Shown here: piece after piece, positions 21,201-30,922 of the stretch
Numbering within the stretch: the first letter of the stretch is position 1
Layout: each line of letters opens with the position of its first letter
The notes under the pieces: generated by a model
What the model was told of the DNA's origin: nothing
What the model saw: only the letters and a program-made list of their open reading frames with translations
Databases searched by the model: none
Translations under genes and position numbers: made by a program
Sequence record: DRR723986_639
Strand: one strand, 5' to 3'
DNA: 59,172 nt

Positions 21201-21400
21201 GAATCCAGGTCCTGTGCCCGCACCGCCTCGCCGCCGCAAAGCACAATGGCAGCGAGGAAGATCCAGTAAAATGGGCGGGGAAGGCAGAAACTGGCGACAG
21301 TCTGTGAATCTGTGCCTCCGGCTGTCGGAGAATAGTTACCGAGTTTCGAGCCGCGGTCGAGTTGCTTGTTGCGGAGCAATCTGGAAATTGTCATATTCAA
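18230..21400 (-). CDS. PVC-type heme-binding CxxCH protein (putative membrane-bound dehydrogenase)
   Basis: [64 protein letters not shown], HEAT-like middle region, and a C-terminal CAQCH...VGP...SLMPDGLE cytochrome domain. The start is uncertain. Confidence 0.9.
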   Translation of the reverse strand: [1056 protein letters not shown]

Positions 21401-21464
21401 TTTGTGCCGAGTTGGTCGCGTCGATGCGATCGTTTTTTAGTAGTTGGTCGTCTGGCGGATTCTT

Positions 21465-22580
21465 ATGGACGAAGCACAGTTCAAAGCCATCGTCGCGATA
21501 CTGATCGTCGTCGTTTGTCTGCTGGCGGTGGTGAGCGTCATTCTAGCAATAACCTACGCAGTGATGGCCAATCGTCTTTCAAGGCGGGTCCGACGTACGG
21601 TTTCTAGCATGGAGGCGATGTTAGCCGAGTCGATCGCCGAGGCCACCAGGCGCGAGGAACAGGAATTAATTCCGCCGATGCGAATCGAGTTGGCCGAATG
21701 TCAGCCCAGCGGTACGTGCAAGCTGGCTGAAAAGGTTCATCAATGGCTTCGCAAGAATGAATTCAAAACCTCCGGAACCTTTCGTGTCGACTACGATGAC
21801 GAAGTGCTTCAAACGTTTCTTAGCGAGGATTCGCTGATCGTTGCCGCAATCCGAAGGCTTGACGATGCAGCAGAGTGCTACGTGGAATTCGCCATGGATT
21901 TGGGCGACGGACAATGCGCAGGCGTCAGCAACCCACCTGCGGCGAGCGTCCCGCCGCAAAGTGACGCTATTGGTCAGTTTCACCGTGCTCGATTGAATGA
22001 GGATTTTGATGTTCTCGAACGAATGCATCTTCAGGCTCGGAGAATCATCGATAGTGAAGATGTGATTCCGATCCACATTGACCGCGTTGCTTCATTCTTC
22101 GAAGAGGCACATGCGACGCAGATGGATTGGAGAATACGCAATGGTGGAATCACCGAGGACGAGGTGCGGCAGGCCTTCGCGGCACAAGGCTCGCGTTGCA
22201 CGGATAGTGAACTCAAAACGATTCAACTGAGGTGGCAACGAGCCATTGATCGTCACATTCTGGGGTACTCGCGCTTAGCCGACGGTGGACGAGCATCCGA
22301 GTCGGACTTGATTGTCGTCCACGCTAGCAGTCTGCCTGCACATTTACAGAATCGACTTCAGACCGCCGCAATGTTGGATCCCACAACCTTGACAGGCGAC
22401 GTTTGCCGTACACTTACCGCCGACGTTTGGTCAGAATTCCACCAACTCCTCGAGCGTTTTGAACCACGCGAAGCAGTCGCGCGATTGTGCCCGCTCATGG
22501 CCCAAGAACTCCGCCTTGAGCTCGCAGAGCAGCTTACTGCACCTGTTCCGGCAGATATCTATCGGGTCTGTAGTGTATAA
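21465..22580 (+). CDS. Hypothetical protein with N-terminal TM helix
   Basis: Long ORF; hydrophobic N-terminus AIVAILIVVVCLLAVVSVILAITY. ATG at 21465 (the ORF opens at 21444). Confidence 0.75.
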   Translation: MDEAQFKAIVAILIVVVCLLAVVSVILAITYAVMANRLSRRVRRTVSSMEAMLAESIAEATRREEQELIPPMRIELAECQPSGTCKLAEKVHQWLRKNEFKTSGTFRVDYDDEVLQTFLSEDSLIVAAIRRLDDAAECYVEFAMDLGDGQCAGVSNPPAASVPPQSDAIGQFHRARLNEDFDVLERMHLQARRIIDSEDVIPIHIDRVASFFEEAHATQMDWRIRNGGITEDEVRQAFAAQGSRCTDSELKTIQLRWQRAIDRHILGYSRLADGGRASESDLIVVHASSLPAHLQNRLQTAAMLDPTTLTGDVCRTLTADVWSEFHQLLERFEPREAVARLCPLMAQELRLELAEQLTAPVPADIYRVCSV

Positions 22581-22622
22581 GCTGCTCGACTGGATACTTG
22601 ATGAAAAACTGAGCCAAGGCAG

Positions 22623-23423
22623 ATGCGCACCCATTATCGCGTAACATTGACACTTGCTGCCATAGCGGCGGCCGCTCTGGTAGTAGCACTACTGAAAGCA
22701 CGATCTGGCATTGCTCTCGACAGCATGCATCGCCGCAACACTCTTTTGAACATTGCGGTAGCACTGAAGAACTATGATCAGCATTTCGAGAGCCTACCTC
22801 CAGCGATAACGAACGATCGAGACGGTCAGTCGCTTCACAGTTGGCGGCCGTTGATACTGCCACACATGATTGCGATGCGGCCCGTCTATGATCTTCAAGA
22901 CAGATGGGATGGGCCAAAGAACAGTCGACTACTTCGGGACCACGTTTTCGATTTTCCGCAGATTGCCAGTACTAAGGCCGCTGCTTACCAAGGTACCATT
23001 GAACTGGCTCCCTACTTTCGATGTTTCCAGTCGGCACGCTATGCCCCGTTTGCGGTGGACATCGTGGCGATCACTGGCGAACAAACGCTTTGGCCGTCGA
23101 ATTCAGCCGTGTCCTTGGACGATATTCCGGATGGAGCATCCAATACGGTAATGCTGGCGGAATCTTGCAACCTCAATCCGCTCTGGTCAGAACCACTCGA
23201 TTTGCAGTTTGACGAGATGTCATTCGAAATCAATGATTCGAACAAGCCGTCTATTTCGAGCGAACACAGAGACGGCCCTGTTGTTTTGATGGCAGACATG
23301 AGCGTGTATCGCCTGTCGCCCGCGTTGCCGCCGGAAATTTTGCGTGCTCTGGTGACCTGCGACGGAGGTGAAGCCTATAATGCTCGCGACCTTGTCGAAG
23401 CAGGACTGTTGCTCGTTGATTGA
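22623..23423 (+). CDS. DUF1559 family protein
   Basis: NTLLNIAVALKNY...LPPA...HSWRPLILP, DIPDGASNTVMLAE, and the H-X9-D motif (HRDGPVVLMAD). Confidence 0.85.
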   Translation: MRTHYRVTLTLAAIAAAALVVALLKARSGIALDSMHRRNTLLNIAVALKNYDQHFESLPPAITNDRDGQSLHSWRPLILPHMIAMRPVYDLQDRWDGPKNSRLLRDHVFDFPQIASTKAAAYQGTIELAPYFRCFQSARYAPFAVDIVAITGEQTLWPSNSAVSLDDIPDGASNTVMLAESCNLNPLWSEPLDLQFDEMSFEINDSNKPSISSEHRDGPVVLMADMSVYRLSPALPPEILRALVTCDGGEAYNARDLVEAGLLLVD

Positions 23424-24271
23424 CATGCTTTATGAGCGTTGAGCCCAAAATTAATAAGCAGATCGTTGGCGGATTCCGTTGGATGTTGCCGCGAATCGTC
23501 AAGAAGCGTTTCCACGCCTTCGCGATCAATCGGCATTCACTCGCGGAACATGCGATTTCACCGGACGACTGTCTGGTAGTCTACGCCAATCATGCATCTT
23601 GGTGGGATCCCATCACCGCAATGTTGCTGGCCGAGCACGTTTTCAATGGTTTCCGCATGTACGCGCCCATTGATGCGGAAGCACTTGAGAAGTACAAGAT
23701 CTTCAAAAAGATGGGATTCTTCGGAATCGAGCAGGGTACGCAACGGGGTGCGGCATCGTTCCTGAAGACCAGCCGGTTAATCCTGTCTCGCCCAGGTGCA
23801 TCCATTTGGCTAACGCCTGAAGGGCGATTTGCCGATCCGCGCGACCGCGACGGCGAGTTGATGCCGGGACTAGCGCATCTGGCAAGTAAACTTGCTGGCG
23901 GTGCAACCGGCAACTGGGCCAACGGCCCGGCGGTGTGGATGGTGCCCGTCGCCATAGAGTACCCGTTCTGGGAAGAGAGTAATCCCGAGCTCCTGGCCTG
24001 GTTCGGCAAGCCTCACAAACTCCGGTGCAACAGCGACGATGCTGGCATGGAGTGGGCAGACAAAACACTAGCCAACGAAGCTTTGACGCGGGGACTCCGC
24101 GATGCACAAGATCAGCTTGCCCAAGCGTCGCTCGCCCGTGATTCCGCCCTCTTCGAAGTCCTGCTAGGTGGCAAAAGCGGCACCGTTGGGATCTACGATT
24201 TGTGGCGCAAGGCGAGTGCCAAGCTAAAAGGCGATCGCAGTTCGGTGGCCCACTCGGACAAATTTAACTAA
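23420..24271 (+). CDS. Lysophospholipid acyltransferase family protein (PlsC-like)
   Basis: NHASWWD (HX4D) motif and WLTPEGRF (PEG motif). Confidence 0.85.
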   Translation: MTCFMSVEPKINKQIVGGFRWMLPRIVKKRFHAFAINRHSLAEHAISPDDCLVVYANHASWWDPITAMLLAEHVFNGFRMYAPIDAEALEKYKIFKKMGFFGIEQGTQRGAASFLKTSRLILSRPGASIWLTPEGRFADPRDRDGELMPGLAHLASKLAGGATGNWANGPAVWMVPVAIEYPFWEESNPELLAWFGKPHKLRCNSDDAGMEWADKTLANEALTRGLRDAQDQLAQASLARDSALFEVLLGGKSGTVGIYDLWRKASAKLKGDRSSVAHSDKFN

Positions 24272-24296
24272 GCAGATTTTGCTACCTTGTGAGCCG

Positions 24297-25643
24297 CTAC
24301 TCTTGTTTTGCAGAACCGTTGAAGACGTCAACTGCGGCTTGCACCATCGTCTTGATGCCAACTCCGAGCGCACCCTCGGCATCGGGGTAGAAGGTCGGTG
24401 AGTGAAGTGATGGCGGATTCTGCCCGCTTTCCTCATAACGTTTCAGCCTATCGTCGGAAACCACGCCAAGACGGTACATGACGATCGGCACGCCCGCTAA
24501 CCCGTAGCGGCTAAAATCTTCACCGCCCATCACGGGAGCCATCGGCAGCACATTCTCGGAGCCGATTGCGCGGCGAAAACTGTCGACGACTTGTCCGGTC
24601 AGCGCATCGTCGTTGCGAAGCGCGGGAGTTCCTTCGGAGACCGTAATTTCTGGACGCGGTGCGCGATGGGATTCCGCAACAGCCAGCGCTTTGCGTTTGA
24701 TCGCGGACAGCAAGAGTGTTCGCACTTCATCGGAATAACTACGAACAGTAATCTGCAGATGACATTGATCGCCAATAATATTGTGCTTCGTGCCACCATG
24801 GATAGAACCAACGGTGACCACAGCCGGCTCACTAGGCTTCACTTCTCTTGAAACAATCGACTGCAGCGCGACGACGAGCTCTGCTGCTTGGATAATTGGG
24901 TCGACGGTAGTGTCAGGTGCCGAGCCATGCCCGCCCTTCCCCTTGATGTCGATGTCAACGGAGTCAACATTGGCCATCGAATCCCCAGGACTCACGGCCA
25001 CTTTGCCGACGGGAGTCGACGATTCGCAGTGCAGGGCAATTGCAAAGTCGGGACGTGGAAACCGCGTGAACAAGCCATCATCCAACATGGCCCGCGCGCC
25101 CGCTCCGCGTTCCTCGGCTGGTTGACCGATGCAAACCAATGTTCCACTCCACAATGATCGATGACTGGCAAGAAAACGCGTCACGCCGATCAGATTACTC
25201 ATGTGGATATCGTGTCCGCAGGCATGCATGACTCCGCTTCGCGAGCCAGAATCGGTCGTTACTGTCGCTTTAGACGCATAGGCAAGTCCAGTAGCCTCGG
25301 TAACGGGCAATGCGTCGAGGTCCGTTCGGAGCAACAGGGTTGGTCCAGTGCCGTTTGAAAGAATACCGACAATTCCGAAACCGCCAACGTTACGCGTCAC
25401 CGTCAGGCCGGCTGATTGCCAAGCGTCCGCGACATATTCGGCCGTGTCCTTCTCTTCAAAGGACACTTCGGGGTGTTGATGCAAGAATTGGTAGTCTTCG
25501 ACGACCGCCGTTAAGTTCTTCGCAAGCCAAACATCGACGGCTTTGCGGATAGAAGTGGCTTCACCCTGGGCTGAAGTGACTGAGCACAAGCCAGAAAAAG
25601 TGGCGACAAGAATCGCAGTGACGAATAAACAAGAACGTGACAT
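24297..25643 (-). CDS. M20 family amidohydrolase (hippurate hydrolase-like) with signal peptide
   Basis: HQHPEVSFEE, LRTDLDALP, MHACGHD, QPAEE, GKGGHGS, GGEDFS, SLHSP. ATG at 25643 with upstream GGAG. Confidence 0.9.
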   Translation of the reverse strand: MSRSCLFVTAILVATFSGLCSVTSAQGEATSIRKAVDVWLAKNLTAVVEDYQFLHQHPEVSFEEKDTAEYVADAWQSAGLTVTRNVGGFGIVGILSNGTGPTLLLRTDLDALPVTEATGLAYASKATVTTDSGSRSGVMHACGHDIHMSNLIGVTRFLASHRSLWSGTLVCIGQPAEERGAGARAMLDDGLFTRFPRPDFAIALHCESSTPVGKVAVSPGDSMANVDSVDIDIKGKGGHGSAPDTTVDPIIQAAELVVALQSIVSREVKPSEPAVVTVGSIHGGTKHNIIGDQCHLQITVRSYSDEVRTLLLSAIKRKALAVAESHRAPRPEITVSEGTPALRNDDALTGQVVDSFRRAIGSENVLPMAPVMGGEDFSRYGLAGVPIVMYRLGVVSDDRLKRYEESGQNPPSLHSPTFYPDAEGALGVGIKTMVQAAVDVFNGSAKQE

Positions 25644-25747
25644 CGGCGGCTCCAAGTGGACAGTTCGTCTACGAGAAGCCCATTGTGACAGGCCGAGGCC
25701 CAGGGTGCCAGCAGGCCGAAGCCCGCCCGTGGCACAGCGATCAATGC

Positions 25748-27037
25748 TTACTGCTCAGGACTCGGATCGAGAACCGCGTTGAGCCGGATCGTGCGACCGT
25801 TCCGATACACGACGATAGCCACATTGCGGCCAGCAGGCGTTAGGCCAACTGTTTGGACCAAGTGGCCATCATTGAGCACTCGGATGGCATCAAATTCAAG
25901 GATCACATCGCCCACTTGCACGCCGGCACGTTGAGCGGGGGAGCCAGGAATGATGTCCTTCACAAGTGCACCCTGGTTGGACGCCAAACCCATTTGATTC
26001 GCGGTTTGGGAGTCGAATCGATTCTCAAGCCGCACACCCAAGTAGGCTCGCTGCAATTCACCGCGTGTGACAAGTTGCTCAGCAACAAGGACAGCCATGT
26101 TGATTGGAATGGTGAACCCAATACCTTCATTTCCACCGGAGTTGCTGGCAATCGCGGTGTTGATTCCGACCACTTCACCACGCAAGTTCAGCAGCGGCCC
26201 ACCACTGTTGCCTGGGTTGATCGCAGCGTCCGTTTGGAAGAAGTCTTGGATTTCGATCTCTCGCGATCCAAGTTCCAAGTTGCGGCGCCCCTTGGCACTG
26301 AGAATTCCGTACGTCACGCTGTGACTCAGGCCAAACGGGCTGCCGACGGCCAGTACGAAGTCACCGACTTCCATCATGCTGCTGTTGCCAACGCGAGCTG
26401 GTGTAAGGTCACGTTCGGCGAGTCGCATGACGGCGACATCCGTCGATGGGTCAGCCCAGACACTTACCGGTCGCAGGAGACGTCCATCGCTGAGTTCGAG
26501 TTTAATCGAGTTGAGTTCTGCGGAGTGTATGACGTGCCGGTTCGTAAGTACGTGGGGAACGCCGCGGATGTCAATGATAACACCAGCACCGGCTTCTTCG
26601 ATCTTGCTGCTGGCGAAGCCCTTGCCGGGGTCGCTTCGCTTGATCGCTTCAATGTGAACGATGCTCGGGCTCACAAACTTCACAACACGCCGCACCAAAC
26701 TGTATTGGCGTTCCAAGAAGCTGGCTTCAGCCAGAATTTCCCGGTATTCGTCGTCCCGGCGTGCTCCACTGGATGCCTTCGCGGCTGGCAAACTCAAACT
26801 GGAGTCGCCGATGAGTCCTTCGCCGCGAATTCGCGACTGCAGATCACGGGACAGGGGAGATGCTTCGCGTGAGACGGGCAGTTGCTGTTTCCTGCTCGAA
26901 TCCTGCATCGATCGCGATTGTTGATCAGCCTGCGTTCGCAACACAATCTGTGCGCGAAGTCCGGCGGCGGAGTAAGCTGAAACTACCAGACTTAAAGCAA
27001 GACCGGCAATCCGTTTGGTTAGGCTGGAAATCCGCAC
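25748..27037 (-). CDS. HtrA/DegP-family trypsin-like serine protease with one PDZ domain
   Basis: Catalytic triad motifs LTNRHVI, TDVAV and QTDAAINPGNSGGPL; PDZ region AYLGV...GSPAQRAGVQVGDVI. Confidence 0.92.
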   Translation of the reverse strand: MRISSLTKRIAGLALSLVVSAYSAAGLRAQIVLRTQADQQSRSMQDSSRKQQLPVSREASPLSRDLQSRIRGEGLIGDSSLSLPAAKASSGARRDDEYREILAEASFLERQYSLVRRVVKFVSPSIVHIEAIKRSDPGKGFASSKIEEAGAGVIIDIRGVPHVLTNRHVIHSAELNSIKLELSDGRLLRPVSVWADPSTDVAVMRLAERDLTPARVGNSSMMEVGDFVLAVGSPFGLSHSVTYGILSAKGRRNLELGSREIEIQDFFQTDAAINPGNSGGPLLNLRGEVVGINTAIASNSGGNEGIGFTIPINMAVLVAEQLVTRGELQRAYLGVRLENRFDSQTANQMGLASNQGALVKDIIPGSPAQRAGVQVGDVILEFDAIRVLNDGHLVQTVGLTPAGRNVAIVVYRNGRTIRLNAVLDPSPEQ

Positions 27038-27525
27038 GTCACAATCCTTGGCTGATTATCTACTTCGCTGCAGAACTGCTTGCGAAGCTTCCACACCTCC
27101 AAGGGACACGACATCCTGATGCCCTTGGAAGACGACAAACTCGTACGCTGTGGAATCGGCCTTCCCGCCAAGACTCCTCGAAGTGAAACGCATGCATTGC
27201 CTGCGAACGAGCATTTCGGGCGTCAGATGTGCCCAAAAAACCTGCTGTTCGCAAAACTACACTTGCGAGCATCGATCGTTCTATTCCGGCAACGACTAGT
27301 TCTGTCTAGCGTTCCGATCAGACCGATTTTTCACCGCGAGAACGATTATGCAGGCAATCAGATCGCAGGTTGTAGCCCGTCTTGCGTCCGTTTTGCCCAA
27401 TCGTTCGTGCAAGGGCATAGTACGCATACGGAAAAGAAAGTGAATAGTCGCGGAGACGAAAATTGCGTTCAAGCATTGCCGCGGGGGCACTTCTGCGAAC
27501 AGCAAGAACGACCGCTGCAACCTGA

Positions 27526-27804
27526 CTAATCGTTAGTCTGCAACCGCACCCGAAGCGGTAGCGTAATTTCCGCCCCGACTTCTTCTGGTATTCCCTTGCT
27601 CTGCAGCGCCTCAACGGCCTGGTTGAGTTGATCGGCGGCCGAGAGTGACAGATCTAGATAGAGGATGTACTTCGCACCGATGCGGCATACTCCACCCGTC
27701 GACTCACCGAGCCACTCGGGCCGCACTTCGATACCGATCCGTTCGGCCACCGAAAGAGCCTCTTCCAGCAGATCAATCGAGTGAACTGGATCATCACTAT
27801 TCAT
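27526..27804 (-). CDS. Small hypothetical protein
   Basis: Protein-like ORF (LLEEALSVAERIGIEVRPEWLG...GGVC...LYLDL). The ATG at 27804 overlaps the stop of the upstream gene. Confidence 0.7.
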   Translation of the reverse strand: MNSDDPVHSIDLLEEALSVAERIGIEVRPEWLGESTGGVCRIGAKYILYLDLSLSAADQLNQAVEALQSKGIPEEVGAEITLPLRVRLQTND

Positions 27805-29305
27805 CTGGGCTCCCGTAGACGTATTGGCGAGTTGCTTCTTCAAGCTCCGCCGACTCAGGTGCTCGACTGATCACGAATTCAAGGAACTGTTCAGTCGTCA
27901 CTGGGCGGTGCATATTCTGTCGAGCGAAATCGATTAGTACGGGCTTCAGCTCTTTACCGCCGGCGGAATAGACGCTGGCCAAGTAGGCGATGAACTCAGC
28001 CCCCTGGCCATAGGAAGCCGCTGGTGTCATCCGGAAGTACCGGGATTCGAACGACAGCTTTCGCAATCTCTTCTGGCGGATTCTCTCAATACCGGGCGGC
28101 GAATCAGGAAAGCGTCCTCGGCGGTCAACCCACCAGGTTGTAATGGCTTCGTCAATCCAACCGTCCGCACCCGTGCTGGGACGAACGCCACGGCCAAACC
28201 AAGAGTGTGTGATCTCGTGCCGCAGCGCCGATGGAGCACAACTTGTTGCCCCTGTGTATTCCATGCCACCCGCTTTCGGATACAAATGCGCTACAAAGGA
28301 GTCGTTGGGATAGAATCCGATCTCGTTTGCTCGCTCAACAAGTCCCCGCTCGACGTTGGCAACACTCTTGAGGTGAAATTCTTCACCGGCGGCGCGAGTC
28401 GAATACACGGTCAGATCAATGCTCTTCCCGCCTGCAAGTACCGACTTCTCGGTAACAAAGTATCGGGGCACCGGAATGATATGAAAGTAGGCCGAAGAGC
28501 AAGACGTGTGTGAAGGAAACTGGACGCTCAGGCCCTCGACAGCTCCATTGGCAATGATTTGGTGAGGCACATCGGTGCCGAATACATCAACGTCGATCGA
28601 CAACGAATGCAAATCGTCCTCTTGGCCGCATGGGATATACCGTTCTAAGAATGTTCGCCCGTCGGTTCCGTACGTGGCCGGAGCGTAGTCCATCACTGCC
28701 ATTAGAAAATCGAGCTGAGTGGCATCCTCAAACGACTGGACCGCAGGAATCAGCTTGCGCGTACTTCCCGTAGGGTTCACCGAACACTCAAAACGACAAC
28801 GTGGAGTATTGCGACTGGTCAGTTCGTAATTCACCCTCAATGTGTGAATACCAGCATCTAGGGCCACACCGATATCAATGTAATTCGCCGAATCGTCAGG
28901 AGCCGAAACGAACTTCAGACGCGACGGCTCCAAGCCAACGCCGTCAATTGAGATGGAGCCGATTTGGGGCTTGAGATCGAATAACGGTACGGCTCGCTCT
29001 GGCTGGCAGAACACCAACTTCGATTGAACTCGAATGGTCCCTTTACTGACATCAACAGAAAGCCCGACGTCGTGCTTCTGGATGTCGATCGTCGTGTACT
29101 GATCAAAGCGGAGGAATCGAGAGGCAACCGTGACCGATTCACTCTGCTGCCGGTTCTGCCCATCCACGGGGTCAGCGGACGTGGAAACCTGTGCCACAGC
29201 GCTGGAGGGCGGGTGGAATGCGATGCCGCACAACAACAACACGCGAGCGACTCGTAAAATCCCTTGAGTCATAGCAGTCCTCGAATCCCTGTTTCTCTGA
29301 TGCAT
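27797..29305 (-). CDS. M1-like (gluzincin) zinc aminopeptidase, secreted
   Basis: GGMEY exopeptidase motif, HEITH-X18-E zinc motif (HEITHSWFG...WIDE), downstream catalytic Tyr context SYGQGA, and a signal peptide. Confidence 0.85.
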   Translation of the reverse strand: MHQRNRDSRTAMTQGILRVARVLLLCGIAFHPPSSAVAQVSTSADPVDGQNRQQSESVTVASRFLRFDQYTTIDIQKHDVGLSVDVSKGTIRVQSKLVFCQPERAVPLFDLKPQIGSISIDGVGLEPSRLKFVSAPDDSANYIDIGVALDAGIHTLRVNYELTSRNTPRCRFECSVNPTGSTRKLIPAVQSFEDATQLDFLMAVMDYAPATYGTDGRTFLERYIPCGQEDDLHSLSIDVDVFGTDVPHQIIANGAVEGLSVQFPSHTSCSSAYFHIIPVPRYFVTEKSVLAGGKSIDLTVYSTRAAGEEFHLKSVANVERGLVERANEIGFYPNDSFVAHLYPKAGGMEYTGATSCAPSALRHEITHSWFGRGVRPSTGADGWIDEAITTWWVDRRGRFPDSPPGIERIRQKRLRKLSFESRYFRMTPAASYGQGAEFIAYLASVYSAGGKELKPVLIDFARQNMHRPVTTEQFLEFVISRAPESAELEEATRQYVYGSPDE

Positions 29306-30790
29306 CTATCTGCCTGCATCCAGAATCAGTGGCCGCAGCTCCCCGGCCAAGAAAAACGATCCGATCACCAAAAGTAAATGGTCATCACACATTCCTCGTG
29401 CCTGGTCCAAAGCGGACTTGGGCGTCGCGGCACTGCTAACGCAACAATCGCCTAATTCGCCAGAGTCGCGATCGGCAGAATCGCAGTTGGCAGATGCATT
29501 CATTAGTTCATCTGTTGGTACGCCTCGCGGATTCCCCTGATACTTTGTGACGACTATCGCAGAGCAGCTTTCTTTGAGCAAAGCCATCATGTGCGAAAAA
29601 TTCTTGTCTTTGCTAGTAGCAAAAACGGCCACAATTCTCCGCTTCGGAAAATGAACTCTCAGGGCTTCCAGTGCAGCGGCAATCGACTCTGGCGTGTGGG
29701 CCGTATCGACGACCGTGAACGGATTGGTCGACAACAGCTCCAAACGGCAAGCTGGCTGCGACTCGGCAATCGCCTGGCGAGATCGCTCAACGTCGACGTT
29801 CACTCCGAGATCCGACAGCAAGCCGAGAATTGCGAGAGCTCCAGCGACGTTCCCACCCTGGTGTTGGCCAAGTAGCCGCGTTTGCCATATTCCTTCGAAA
29901 CGCCCAAGCTGAATCGCCGACGGTTGAAAGAGCACCTCCGCCGCGGTGGTCTCATTGAGGACGGGACGCCACGCGAAAGAAAAATCGCGATTGATCAGTA
30001 GACACTCAACGCCCTTCTCTTTCGCCACTTCCAAGATGGCGTTTTGGGCTTCACCATCCGGCGCGGTGCAAACCAGAGGCGTGCCCTCTTTGACAATACC
30101 GGCCTTCTCTTTCGCAATCTTGTCGATCGTGTCTCCAAGTTGTGCCTGATGGTCCAGACCGATTGGTGTGATCGCGGACACGATCGGTGAGCAGACGTTT
30201 GTACTATCGAGTCGGCCGCCAAGCCCAACTTCGAGCACTACGACATCGGCCTTGCCAAGCGCGAAATGCAACATGCCCATCGCAGTCGTCAGTTCGAAGA
30301 ACGTTGGCAAACCATGCTCGGTGGCCTCCAGTTTCCGGGCCGCTTCAGCTACCCGTCGTGTCAGTGCGGTGAAGTCCTCAGGTGAAACATGGTTGCCAGC
30401 CAGACAAATCCGCTCTTCGATCTTCTCCAGGTGTGGCGAAGTGTAGAGCCCGGTCGTGATGCCTGACGCGTTCAGGCACGAAGCCACAAGAGTCGCCGTT
30501 GTCCCTTTGCCCTTCGTGCCCGCAATGTGCACGATTTTGTATTTCGTGTGCGGATTGCCGAGTATTTCAAGCAGGGCACGCATTCGGTCGAGTCGATAGT
30601 TGCCAGCGTTGTAGGGCGGCATTCCGATGCGTTCGTAGTTGATGCGGCTGTAGAGAAAACGCACCGCGGAATCGTAGGAATCGATCCCATCAACAGTTGC
30701 CATGCCAGCGGGCTCCCCGCCGCTTGCCCGCGCAGCAGCTCGCGGCTCAGGGTCAGCCGATTCGCTATCTCGCTGGTTGGAGTCGCCCAT
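29306..30790 (-). CDS. folC: Bifunctional folylpolyglutamate synthase/dihydrofolate synthase
   Basis: HIAGTKGKGTT, GLYTSPHL..ERI, TFFELTT, LEVGLGGRLDSTN, GLDH..LGDT...IAKEKAGI, DTAHTPES. Confidence 0.93.
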   Translation of the reverse strand: MGDSNQRDSESADPEPRAAARASGGEPAGMATVDGIDSYDSAVRFLYSRINYERIGMPPYNAGNYRLDRMRALLEILGNPHTKYKIVHIAGTKGKGTTATLVASCLNASGITTGLYTSPHLEKIEERICLAGNHVSPEDFTALTRRVAEAARKLEATEHGLPTFFELTTAMGMLHFALGKADVVVLEVGLGGRLDSTNVCSPIVSAITPIGLDHQAQLGDTIDKIAKEKAGIVKEGTPLVCTAPDGEAQNAILEVAKEKGVECLLINRDFSFAWRPVLNETTAAEVLFQPSAIQLGRFEGIWQTRLLGQHQGGNVAGALAILGLLSDLGVNVDVERSRQAIAESQPACRLELLSTNPFTVVDTAHTPESIAAALEALRVHFPKRRIVAVFATSKDKNFSHMMALLKESCSAIVVTKYQGNPRGVPTDELMNASANCDSADRDSGELGDCCVSSAATPKSALDQARGMCDDHLLLVIGSFFLAGELRPLILDAGR

Positions 30791-30922
30791 GCATTGGATC
30801 TCAAGGCAAGTTTGAAGAATTGTTCGTGAGTCGCGTGACTGTTCGGTGGCTAAACTCTCGTGGCTCCACGGTCACCCGAATGTTCACTGCGCAATAGTCT
30901 CGCCGTCACTTCTGTTTCCCAG

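Noticed and set aside
25853-26872. 339-aa + strand ORF
   Set aside because: Antisense shadow of the HtrA protease, with no motif.
27080-27529. 149-aa ORF upstream of the HtrA gene
   Set aside because: Composition is not protein-like and it opposes the local gene direction; more likely promoter/leader DNA. It does contain a tccaaggg/cccttgga inverted repeat that I could not assign.
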